NCBI RefSeq assembly: GCF_046119375.1
Contig: NW_027362764.1
Coordinates: 394,878,001 to 394,942,000 of the forward strand
Direction of reading: 5' to 3'
Length of the DNA: 64,000 nucleotides
Origin: Phyllobates terribilis
Taxonomy: Eukaryota
Made by a program: the position numbers and the translations under genes. A model generated the notes under the pieces. That model saw only the letters and a list, made by a program, of their open reading frames with translations, searched no databases and had not been told where the DNA came from. Positions 47,715 to 59,409 of the stretch are shown in pieces; position 1 is the first letter of the stretch, and each line of letters opens with the position of its first letter.

Positions 47715-50224
47715 TGGCTCAACAGACCCTCACTATCTTCAACTCTTTTTACCTCAAAGGAACTGCTTTCTGTTTGTTAACCTCCTATCTGTCAGACCAC
47801 TCCTTCAGTTTATCATTCGCCAGCTATTTTTCCTCTTCTCTTCCACTTACTGCCCGGGTCCCTCAAAGTTTAGTCCTAGGCACCATCATTTTTTTCTATA
47901 CACTGCCCCTATTGAACAAACCATTAGCAAATTTGGTTTCCAGAGCCATCTATATGCTGATGACACCCAATTAAACACCTCTTTTCCTGACATCACGCTC
48001 AACATAATATAACATGCAAGGGATTATCTGTCTGCTGTCTCTAACACAGGGGCGGAACTACCGCCCGTGCAGCCGGTTCATTGAACGGGGGCCCCGAGGG
48101 AGAGGGGGCCCCTCCAGCCTCCAGCAGGGCCGCCATCAGGGCATGACTGCCCTGACTCCAGTATGGGGCCCAGCCGGTAGGGGCCCTCTTGGGGGCCCCC
48201 CTCTTGTGCGTCTCTCTCCTCATGGGGCCCCCGGCCCCATGCTAAGCGCCGGGTCCGGGACATCTCAGCGCTGCGCTGCTGTGGCAGCGCTTTCATGATT
48301 CCCCTGACTTCCGGTCATGTGACGGCGCCGTCACATGACCGGAAGTCAGGAGAACCTGGTGTCAGCGATTTGGACGAGCGCCAGGATTCTGCAGGGATCG
48401 CATGGGGGTAAGTATAACAAGTTTTTTTTTTTTTTTTAAATACAATTTACTAGGAGTGGGGGGAATGGGAGATGCACATGTGGTGGAGGAGGATGAGAGA
48501 GGTGCACATGTGGGGGAGGGGGATGAGAGAGGTGCACATGTGGGGGAGGGGAATGAGAGAGGTGCACATGTGGGGGAGAGGAATGAGAGAGGTGCACATG
48601 TGGGGGAGGGGAATGAGAGAGGTGCACATGTGGGGGAGGGGGATGAGAGATGTGCACATGGAGGGATGAGAGCTGCACATGGGGGAATTGGGAGAAAATG
48701 AGCTGCACATGGGGGAATTGGGAGTAGGGGGATAATGAGCTGCACATAATGAATGTGGGGTGGGGGACAGTAAATGATAAATGATGATGGGGTGGATGGG
48801 GTGGGGAGAGCACGGACATGATATAATGAATTGGGGCAGGGGGTGCATGTAAATAATGAATGCGGGGAGCAGGAAGTATAGAGTAGGGGCGTTGCGGATG
48901 CAGGAGTGTAACTGGTAACAAATTGGCGGAAAGAGTAGAGGTTCTAATTAAATTATATATTAAGTGCCTATTTACAGTTAATGGGGGCACCGTGGTGGAT
49001 TATAATTTATATTTGGAATGGTAGGCTGCATAATAACTAACCATATATTGATGGTGGATGCACGTCTGTATTCAGCTGCGTAATGTAGAAGTTGGGGAAT
49101 GTGCTCTAGATAACTGTGTTATTTTATGCAGAGACGAGTCCTGGCTGGAAGACGTGATGGCGGTCTGTGCTGGATGAAGGAGAAAAGCGTAGCTGAAGGA
49201 CTTCACCTAGAGATGTCACCAGTGAGTCAGTGCATTACATGTACACTTACACTATATACTATGTACCAGGCTCCTGTGTATAATGACACTGGTGATCACT
49301 GTATTACCTGTACACTGACACTATATACAGAGCTCCTGTGTATAATGTCACTGGTGATCACTAGATTACCTGGACACTTACATTATACATACCATGTATA
49401 GAGCTCCCGTGTATAATGACACTTATGGTAATATTAGTAATGTGGTGGTAATATGTGGTCTGGTCATGGTGTGGCAGTTTTTCCCCCTTCTGTGTGGTAT
49501 TATTCGGTCACTATGTTGTGGTAATATGTGGTCTGGTCATGGTGTGGCGATATTCCCTGTATGTGGTATTATTGGTCATTTAAAAAAAAAATGTATATGA
49601 CACATTCCCTTAAAGAAAACTAAATAAAAATATATCTAAAAAGAGTATTGTATATTTTAAGAAAATTTTAATAGGTTAGAGTAGGGCCCGGCCAGAAGAG
49701 TCTACCTTATCGTGGTGGCGGCTTTAAAAATCTTTTGGCCAAAACAAAAGCTGATGGCTATGCATGTGGCACCGTCACATGGCCGAACGTCAGGAGAGCC
49801 TGGTGGCAGCGACGTGGACGAGCGCCAGGATTCTGCAGGGATCGCATGGGGGTAAGTATAACAAGTTTTATTTGTTTTAAATACAATTAATTAACTAGGA
49901 GTGGGGGGGGTGAGAGATGCACATGGGGGGGGTGAGAGATGCACATGGGGGGGATGAGAGATGCACATGGGGGGATGAGAGCTGCACATGGGGGGGATGA
50001 GAGCTGCACATGGGGGGGGCGAGAGATGCACATGGGGGGGTTATGTTTACATAACTTTGTTGCCTTATGAAGCGCAAGGGGGGGGCCCCCAAAAATTTCT
50101 TGCACAGGGGCCCACTACAGTCTGTGTCCGCCCCTGCTCTAACAGTATGTCAATCCTCTATCTGAAATTGAATCTCTCCAAAAACTTAACTTCTTGTCTT
50201 TCCTCCCTCTACTAACATACTTAT
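47715..50224 (+). mobile_element. L2/CR1-type LINE RT fragment, split by a hAT MITE
   Basis: LKGTA..SYLSD.SF..., VPQ.LVLG, HLYADDTQL, continuing MS.LYLKLNLSK after 50144. Confidence 0.8.
48047..50136. mobile_element. Non-autonomous hAT (Buster/Charlie-type target site), 2090 bp
   Basis: TIR CAGGGGCGGA / TCCGCCCCTG; TSD CTCTAACA (nnnTAnnn); ~30-bp G-rich minisatellite at 48470-48720; internal duplication 48365-48470 vs 49815-49920. Confidence 0.9.
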
Positions 50225-50572
50225 TAGTGTTGAGCGAGCACTAAAATGCTCGGGTGCTCGAAGCTCGGGCCGAGCTCACTGTGATACTCAGGTGCTCAAC
50301 CCGAGCAACGAGCCCAATGTTAGTCTATGGGAGACCCAAACATTTTTGCGGTGGCTCCCCCGGAAGTCTGTAGAAAGCCTAAAAAGTGCCCAAAACGATA
50401 GTAACAGTGCTCAAATGACATGGGGACAGCATAGGGATCGCCCCTGGAAGCATTTCTGACCCCCAGGTCACTGCTGTCAACAACGTGGTCAGAGGTATTA
50501 AGCCACTTTTACAGGCTCACAATAAAACGCTCAAAAACGAAAGTGAAAGTGCTTTCCTGTGAAATATGTTAA

Positions 50573-51814
50573 CCCCTTAACGACCATGGGTCTTTTTGTT
50601 TTTGTGTTTTCCTTTTTTGCTCCCCTTCTTCCCAGAGCCAGAACTTTTTTAATTTTTGTTCAATATGGCCATGTGAGGGCTTATTTTTTGCGGGACGAGT
50701 TGTACTTTTAAACAACATCACTGGTTTTACCATATCGTGTGCTGGAAAATGGGAAAAAAATTCCAAGTGCAGTGAAACTGCAAAAAAAATGCAATTCCAC
50801 AGTTGTTTTTTGGGTCCTTTTTTTACCACGTTCACAGATTGCTAAAACTGACCTGCCATCATTATTTTCCAGGTCGTTACGAGTTCATAGACACCAAACA
50901 TGTATAGGTTCTTTTTTATTTAAGTGGTGAAAAAAAAATCCAAAGCTTGCTAAAAAAGCAAAAAAAAATGATGCCATTTTCCGAGACCCTTAGCTTCTCC
51001 ATTTTTTGGGATCTGGGGCCAGGTGAGGGCTTATTTTTTGCGTGCCGGGCTGACGTTTTTATTGATACCATTTTGGGGTAGATCCGATGTTTTGAACGCC
51101 CGTTATTGCACTTTATTGCAAAGTTGTAGCGACCAAAAAAACGTAATTCTTGCGTTTAAAATTTTTTTCTCGTTACGCCGTTTACTGATTGTATTAATTC
51201 TTCTTTTATATTGATAGATCGGGTGATTCTGAATGCGGCGATACCAAATATGTGTATGTGGGTTTTTTTTTATATATATATATATATTTTATTTTGAATG
51301 GGGCGAAGGGGGGGTGACTTAAACCTTTATATATTTTTTATTTTTTTTATTTTTTTAAAAACTTTTTTTTTACACTTTCTGCTTGCTTCTATAGTCTCCA
51401 GAGGAGACTAGAAGCAGCAGTTGTCTGATTGCTTCTACTGCATACAAGCGATGAGCAGATCGCTTGTATGCAGGAGAAATGCTCACGTGCTATGAGCGCT
51501 GACCACTAGGTGGCGCTCATAGCAATTGAGACATGACAACCAGGGGCGTCTGCTGCAGACCCTGAGCTGTCATGCCCACCCATTGGTGACCCGCGATCAC
51601 GTGACGGGGTCACTGATGGGCGGGGCTTAGGACTCCCGGAAGCGCGAGTTAAATGCCACTGTCAGAGATTTAACATGTTAACAGCCGCGGGTGGATTGCG
51701 ATTCCAATAATCAGCTAACATGTGCTCGCTTCAGTGCGGCCTCACCGCCGGAGCCCCCGCTGAACCGGCCTTCCCAACCTGGTGCGTACTATTACTGACC
51801 AGGTCGGAAAGGGG
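50573..51814. mobile_element. Non-autonomous piggyBac-like element (1242 bp)
   Basis: TTAA|CCCCTT ... AAGGGG|TTAA; the empty site ATATGTTAAGGAA is present in paralog D2 at ~55625. Confidence 0.92.
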
Positions 51815-53539
51815 TTAAGGAACATCCTTTCCAGGGTAAAGACTTGTGTATAAGGTAAAATAAATAACCAAAAACAAAAAATACTCCTCCACACCTTGGG
51901 CTATGTTCACAAGTAGCATTTTTTATGCGTTTTTGCACGTTTGTATTGCTTTCAACCGTGACAAATGCATTCACCGGGAAATGTCATTTTAACATTTTAC
52001 AACCTTATCTGGCCATGTGCTGTGTGACACATGCATACAGAGGTAAAAAGACATGGGAACAGCATGGGGAAGACCCCTGGAAGCATCTCTGACACCCAGG
52101 TCACTGCCTAAAAGTGTGCCCATCAGAAGTGATCCTTGCCGCATCAGAAGATGCAGACTTGCAACTATCCCCGTGCAAGTCCTTGTCCCAGGGCAGTGTT
52201 CAATTGTACCTCCCCCATAACTTGCAATACAAGCGCAAGTATGCAGCCTGCCACCCACCCACCCCCAGGCTGCAATACCATACTGCTAGCTTGCTTGCAC
52301 TTGAAATTGGGCCTTTTAGGCATGTGGAGGTGGAATCTGGCCACCACGTCATGGCTGCGTCGGTAGCCTGGTATTCATACTCAGTCCCCAGCCGCCCGGC
52401 GGCCGGATGTCCACGCTTGGTCCCCAGCCGCCAGGGGGCGGCCGGGTGTCCATACTCAGTCCCCAGCCGCCTCGCGGCCGGGTGCCCACACACAGTCCCC
52501 AGCCGCGTGGGGGTGGCCGGGTGTCCATAAACGGTCCCCATCCGCCCCTATTTGTCCCGGTGCGCCTTATACACAAGCGCGCATACCAAAACATTACCTG
52601 TGCCCTCCCCAGTGCATTTAGTGGGAAGGACAGCCTAACCACAAACACGTGGACAAGTGAATGTGGCCAGGAATGGTCCATCTCACTGACGCCTTCACTA
52701 TTGTGGAAGCCGGGACACAGTTGGACACTGGGATGCAACACGTCCTCCAGACATAGAGGATTGCGGGTCCTGGGTCAATCAGGCTTCAACACAAAGTTCA
52801 GAAGATAGACAGCAGCAGTGGTCGGCCTCCTACACAACGAGTAAATTATTCATGATCATGAGGCCATCCACCTCCTTAGCTTTCTGTTCCTTGGAATGCA
52901 AGCGCATGTATGTAGTAGTTGCTAGGCCTGAGGTGGTCAGCATTTTGGCGCATATTCTACCTCCTTCGAGGATTGCTGGATGTTCTCCTGCTACTATTCC
53001 AGTTCTATGACTCCCGTTAAAACAAAGCTTCAGGTGATGAATGATGGATGAGGTGGTGGCAAAGGAGAAAGAGCAGGAGGAACAGGGACCATTCACATCA
53101 ATATCAGGCCAGCCAACCACACATGTCTTGTAGGATATGTTTCTGTACCAAAAGGAGCAGTTCAGCTACACAGTTATAAGGCATACAGTGAATGCAATGC
53201 CTACCAAAAATTTCGAGGCACTCCAACAATGCCCCTTGGAAGTGACATGGAGGTCAGAGGGCCTTAACTAAACCGTTTTGTCCATTTATAGCAACTGGGT
53301 CCCCTGTACACTGTTGGCCTAAGCAGGGAATGGAAGGCTTTCCAAAAATTATTAGGCACTGCAATGCCCCTTGAAACAGACGTGGATTACAGCGTATTAA
53401 AAACCTTCTACTCATTATTGGGGAGTGGGTCTCCCTTAGTGTTCGCCTATGCATTGAAAAGCAAAAGCTGACAAAAATTAGGAGGAAATGCAATGCCCGT
53501 TGCAAGAGTCGTGGAGGTTAGAGGTAATTAAAAACAACA

Positions 53540-54370
53540 TGTCAATGCCCCTTGGAAGAGCTGTGGAGTTCAGAGTGGTTTAACAAGACGGTTTTAATGC
53601 CCCTTAGAAGAGACGTGGAGTTCAGAGTGGTTTAACAAGACAGTTTTAATGCCCCTTGGAAGAGAATTGGAGGTCACAGTAACTTAACAAGATGGTTTTA
53701 ATGCCCCTTGGAAGAGACGTGGAGTTCAGAGTGGTTTAACAAGACAGTTTTAATGCCCCTTGGAAGAGTGGTGGAGGTTACAGTGGAATAAAAAGACAAT
53801 ATCAATGCCCCGTGGAAGAGACATGGAGGTCACAGTAGCTTAACAAGACGCTTTTAATGCCCCTTGGAAGAGTGGTGGAGGTCGCAGTGGAATAAAAAGA
53901 CAATATCAATGCCCCTTGGAAGAGTGGTGGAGGGTTACAGTGGAATAAAAAGACAATATCAACGCCCTGTGGAAGAGACGTGGAGGTCACAGTAGCTTAA
54001 CAAGACGCTTTTAATGCCCCTTGGAAGAGTGGTGGAGGTCGCAGTGGAATAAAAAGACAATATTAACGACCCTTGGAATAGACTTGGAGGTCACAGTAGC
54101 TTAACAAGATGATTTTAATGCCCCTTACAAGAGCCATGCAGCACAGCATATTAAAAACATTATTCCCATTATTGGGGAGTGGGTCTCCCATAGTCTTTGC
54201 CTATGCCTTCCAAGCAAAAGCTGCCAAAAATTAGGAAGGGGGAACTTGCAATGTCCCTTACAAGAGCCATGCAGTACAGCATATTAAAAACATTATTCCC
54301 ATTATTGGGGAGTGGGTCTCCCATAGTCTTTGCCTATGCCTTCCAAGCAAAAGCTGCCAAAAATTAGGAC
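53540..54370. repeat. Tandem repeats in D1 (~56-bp units, then ~115-bp units)
   Basis: AATGCCCCTTGGAAGAG recurring; CCCTTACAAGAGCCATGCAG block x2. Confidence 0.8.
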
Positions 54371-54572
54371 AGAGGAACTTGCAATGCTGGCAACATGGAC
54401 CACGGTCACCCTGGTGGTATAGTGGTCGTGGAGGCTGAGGATAAGGAGAAGAGCAAAAAACAGCCGAAATGAGGAAGCGTATACCCATGTGTGGGTGTGA
54501 AGCGATGCATGGGAATACACCTCCCGTAATAACACAGTGGATTTGACTTTATGTTACTCTGCTGTCATTTGG

Positions 54573-55283
54573 TCATGATGAGAAGTCTGGCCCAATCCAG
54601 CCCTTGTTCATTTTGATAATGGTCAGCTTGTCAGCATTGTCAGTTGACAGGCGAGTGCGCTTATCAGTTATAATTCCCCCAGCGGCACTAAAAACACGCT
54701 CCGATAACACGCTAGCGGCAGGGCAGGCCAGGACCTCCAAGGCATACAGAGTGAGTTCATTCCAAGTGTCCAGCTTGGATACCCAATAATTAAAAGGCAC
54801 AGAGGAATCACGGAGGACGCTGGTACTCCCTCACCATCTTTTGAAACTTTCCACTCCTTGTGAGAGTACCCTGCGCCTCAGGGCCTGTAAGCTGGGTAGG
54901 TCTCAGAAAACTGTCCTAGAACATTGACAGTGTTCCCCTGCCTCTGCTGGATTGGAGTTGCGTCTCTCTCGCCTGTATGCCTTAGTTGGGCAGCGAACTG
55001 TGACCTCTGCCACTACCGTGTTCAGATGGGAATTTTTTTAATAGTTCTGCAGCAAGGGCCTTCTGGTACTGCCCCATTTTTGTAGACCTCTCCAACTCAG
55101 GAATAAGAGAGTGAAAGTTCTCCTTGTAGAGGGGGTCTAAAAGTGTCATCAACCAGTGATGACTGTCACCCAACATTTTGACAATGCGAGGGTCACGGTT
55201 AAGGCAGCGTAACATAAAGTCAGCCATGGGTGCCAGACTGGTAGCGGGCAAGACTTCCGTGTCCTCACCAAGATGACGACTGA
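54573..55283 (-). pseudogene. hAT-D1 transposase, C-terminal part
   Basis: ADFMLRCLNRDPRIV..WLMTLLDP; PFNYWVSKLDTW...CPAASVLSERVFSAAGG...IKMNKGW. Confidence 0.9.
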
Positions 55284-58200
55284 TAGTGTTGAGCGATCAC
55301 TAAAATGCTCGGGTGCTCGAAGCTCGGGCCGAGCTTACCGTGATACTCGGGTGCTCGACCCGGGCAACGAGCCCAATGTTAGTCTATTAAAGACCCGAGC
55401 ATTTTTGCGGCAGCACCCCCGGCAGTCTGTAGAAAGCCTAAAAAGTGCCCAAAACGATAGTGACAGTGCTCAAAAGACATGGGGGCAGCATGGGGATCGC
55501 CCCTGGAAGCATTTCTGACCCCCAGGTCACTGCTGTCAACAACGTGGTCAGAGGTATTAAGCCACTTTTGCGGGCTCACAATAAAACGTTCAAAAATGAA
55601 ACTGAAACGGTTTTCCTGTGAAATATGTTAAGGAATTTCCTTTCCAGGGTAAAAACTTGTGTATAAGGTAAAATAAATAACCAAAAACAAAAATACTCCT
55701 CCACACCTTGGGCTATGTTCGCAAGTAGCATTTTTCATGTGTTTTTGCACATTTGTATTGCTTTCAACCGTGACTAATGCGTTCACCGGGAAATGTCATT
55801 TTAACATTTTACAACCTTATCTGGCTATGTGCTGTGTGACACATGCATACAGTGCTGAAAAGACAAGGGATCAGCATGGGGAAGACCCCTGGAAGCATCT
55901 CTGACCCCCAGGTCACTGCCTAAAAGTGTGCCCATCAGAAGTGATCCTTGCCGCATCAGAAGATGCAGACTTGCAACTATCCCCGTGCAAGTCCTTGTCC
56001 CAGGGCAGTGTTCAATTGTACCTCCCCCATTCCTTGCAATGCAAGCGAAAATATGCAGCCAACCACCCACCCACCCGCAGGCTGCAATACCATACTGCTA
56101 GCTTTCACTTGAAATGCGGCCTTTTAGTTTGGAGGAGGCCGAAGCTGGCCACTACCTCATAGACGCTTCGGCAGTGAGGTATCCATACTCTGTCCCCAGC
56201 CGCCCGGCGGCCGGGTGTCCACGCTCGGTCCCCAGCCGCCAGGTGGCGGCCAGGTGTCCATACTCGGTCCCCAGCCGCCCTGATTTCTCCTGTCACCTTC
56301 CCCCTCACTTTTCTTAGCCTGGCCTGCTTTATGGCAGCATTGGACGAGCCCACCAGAGAACCAGACTCCTCCGGTGGGCCCTGGCTTCTCCATCAGGGGA
56401 GTTGAGAGTGCCTAGGTGAGGAGCATGATGATGATGATAGAAGTTAGCATCTGCTTTGTTTTCTTGGAATGCAAGCGCATGTATGTAGTAGCGGCTAGGC
56501 CTGAGGTGGTCCGCGCTTTGGCACATATCCTACCTCCTCCGAGGATTGCTGGATGTTTTCCTGCTACTATCCCAGTTCTATGACTCCCGTTAAAACAAAG
56601 CTTCAGGTGATAAATGATGGATGAGGTGGTGGCAAAGGAGAAAGAGCAGGAGGAACAGAGACCATTCACATCAATATCAGGCCAGTCAACCAGATATGTC
56701 TTGTAGGATATGTTTCTGTAACAAAAGGAGCGGTTCGGCTACACAGTTATAGGGAATACAGTGAGTGCAATGCCTACCAAAAATTTCGAGCCACTCCAAT
56801 GCCCCTTGGAAATGACATGGAGGTCAGAGGGCGTTAACTAAACCTTTTTTTCAATTTATAGCAACTGGGTCTCCCGTGCACTGTTGGCCTAAGCAGTGAA
56901 TGGAAGGCTTTCCAAAAATTATGAGGAACTGCAATGCCCCTTACAAGAGCCATGTGTGGCACCCCAGGGGTCTGGTCACCACAGTAATAGAGATATTACG
57001 TCGGAGAGCAAGTGGGAGGTTTCCTGGTCAGGATCCCTTAAACATGCAACATCCTCCTGCCCCAGTCCTGGGAGGGGAGAATTCTGTCCTTATAAACTGG
57101 ATCTGGGGCGGGGTTGAGTGAGTCAGAGAACAGTCAGAGTCAGAGTGAGAGCAAGGGAAAGTAACAGCAAGGAGCTCTGTAGGAGCTAGGAGCTAAAGAC
57201 CAGGGGCTGGAAGCTGAGCAGAGCTCGCCCTGGCAGAAGACAATAGGAACCGGACAAAGGAGTCCGAAGCTGTGAGGACTTATATATCCAGCAGCAGAAA
57301 CCAGCCGGCAGGGGATTTCAGGTCCTCTGGCCATAGAAGCCCGGAGGCTCAGTCACAAGCAAGGGACCAGCACCGCCGTTGTGGAGCGGAGGCTAACAGA
57401 AGGCCCCAAGTCACCAGCCATACAGGTGAGCACTACACGGTACACTCAGGGACGTGGGCTACTTCTACCCGCTTACAGCAAGGTAGCCAGGAAGAGTGCA
57501 GACAGACGGGGAGGCCTACAACTCCACCTGGCCAGGGGAACTCCTGCTTGCTCACAGACTGACCAGGCCTCTTATGCTAGCCAGTACTCCCGGGAGGGTC
57601 TACCTTATAATCATCAGTAAAGACCCTGAACTGCACTGCAAAGACTCTCAGTCATTCTTGCTGCACTTGTGCACCATCATCCCCATCATCCACACTCACT
57701 GCCTTGAGGCTATACTCCTCCCGAGGGGAGTTATCCCATTCTATGCTGTGCACACAACACCAGCCTCAGCGGTCTGCCTCGCAGCGGTGGTACTCCCTGA
57801 CCGCAATCCACGGGTGGCGCAGTCGGACAATTAACCTCAAAACCTAAGAAAGACTGCCACTGGTTTGACCAGCCTGAGCCACGGGACTGAGTCACCGCCA
57901 CGGAGACTACAGACCCCAGAGACCCGGCACCGGGTATCCCACACACGTGTACACACGGCCCAGGGGGGCGCATCACATGCAGTACAGCATATTACAAACA
58001 TAAGTCTCATTATTGGGGAGTGGGTGTCCCATAGTATTTGCTTATGCCTTGCAAGCAAAAGCTGCCAAAAATTAGGATGGAGCAACTTGCAGTGCCCCTT
58101 ACAAGAGCCATGCAGTACAGCATATTACAAACATAAGTCCCATTATTGGGGAGTGGGTGTCCCATGGTATTTGCTTATGCTTTCCCAGCAAAAGCTGTCA

Positions 58201-58492
58201 AAAATTTGGACGGAGGAACTTGCAATGCTGGCACCCTGGTGGTATAGTGGTGGTGGAGGCTGAGGATAAGGAGAGGAAGATTAAATAACCGAAACGAGGA
58301 AGCGTATACCCATGTGTGGGTGTGAAGCGGTGCATGTGAATACACCTCCCGAAATAACACAGTGGATTTGACTTTATGTTACTCTGCTGTCATTTGGTGG
58401 TGATGAGAAGTCTGGCCCAATCCAGCCCTTGTTCATTTTGATAAGGGTCAGCTTGTCAGCATTGTCAGTTGACAGGCGAGTGCGCTTATCAG
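55284..58492 (-). mobile_element. hAT element D2, 3' part; same family and orientation as D1, inserted in the D1 transposase gene
   Basis: 55284-56900 parallels 50225-53400; transposase tail at ~58410-58492 is cut by B2. Confidence 0.88.
56955..57975. mobile_element. Solo LTR (1021 bp)
   Basis: TGTGGCACCCC ... GGGGCGCATCA; 4-bp TSD CATG; shares 3' blocks with 16642-17854. Confidence 0.87.
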
Positions 58493-59409
58493 TAGAGATG
58501 AGCGTTGTTCGACTCGAACTGTTCGCCAATCTCAAATTTGAGCTGTTTTGGGCATTGTTAGAGCCGTTCGGCGAACACGAACGATTTGAGAAAAATTCGG
58601 CTGTTCGAGGTTATGTTCGATAACTGTTCGTGCACCAAAATCATAACTGGATTTTTTCTCAGTAATGATGAAAATTAATGTTAATACGCAGTTTGAGTGT
58701 ACAGCGGGGTGGGGGGAGGGGCAGGGGATGGATCTCTGCAGGAATAATGAAGATCTCCATTTTTTTTTCTCTTTCCCGCATTTACAGTGGGGAGGTGCAA
58801 TCTGTCAGCCTATCAGCAGCGCACACACGGAGCGAAGTGCTTTTTTTCACACAAGCAAGGGCATGTGTCATTGGCAGTATATGTCACATGTCCTTGCCCT
58901 ATAAGACCAAGCCATTTTCCCCGTCGCCACCATTTTCTCACTGCTGCAGCTGCGTGTTAGATGGCACCGCTGTTGCTGTGTGCGCTATACCTTGTTAATT
59001 TCAAGCCAATTTTCGCACAAATCTACAGATAGCTTGGGAGTAGGGAATAGTTGTGATTGCAGTCCTTTTAAGGACTAGGTTACAGCATTTCCTACGACTT
59101 TTATCAGGTAGGTCTGTGCTCTTAAATAGATAGATTGTGGGAGTAAAGACTAATTGTAATTGCAGTCCTTTTCAGGACTAGGTTACATCAGTTCCTATCA
59201 GTTTTTGCCAGGCAGGTCTGTGCCAGTGCTGTGCAAGTTTTTTTCACAGCATTTGGCTGAATCTAGCAAAGCTAATCCTTTTTGGCCTATTGCAGAGTGT
59301 GTTAGTCAGTGGAGTAGCCTATCTGTGTTGCAAGATATACCACCTGTGTATAGAATACCAATTTTTTTACTGCACCTAGTGAAGTAAAATCTTTTGGGCA
59401 TAGCATCAT

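Larger units (their letters stand above)
50225..55283 (-). mobile_element. hAT element D1, 3' part (interrupted by D2)
   Basis: TAGTGTTGAGCG terminus, CTCGG(G) subterminal repeats, transposase C-terminus at 54573-55283. Confidence 0.85.

Noticed and set aside
48362-48990. His/Pro-rich and Gly-rich ORFs
   Set aside because: Translations of a ~30-bp minisatellite inside a MITE.
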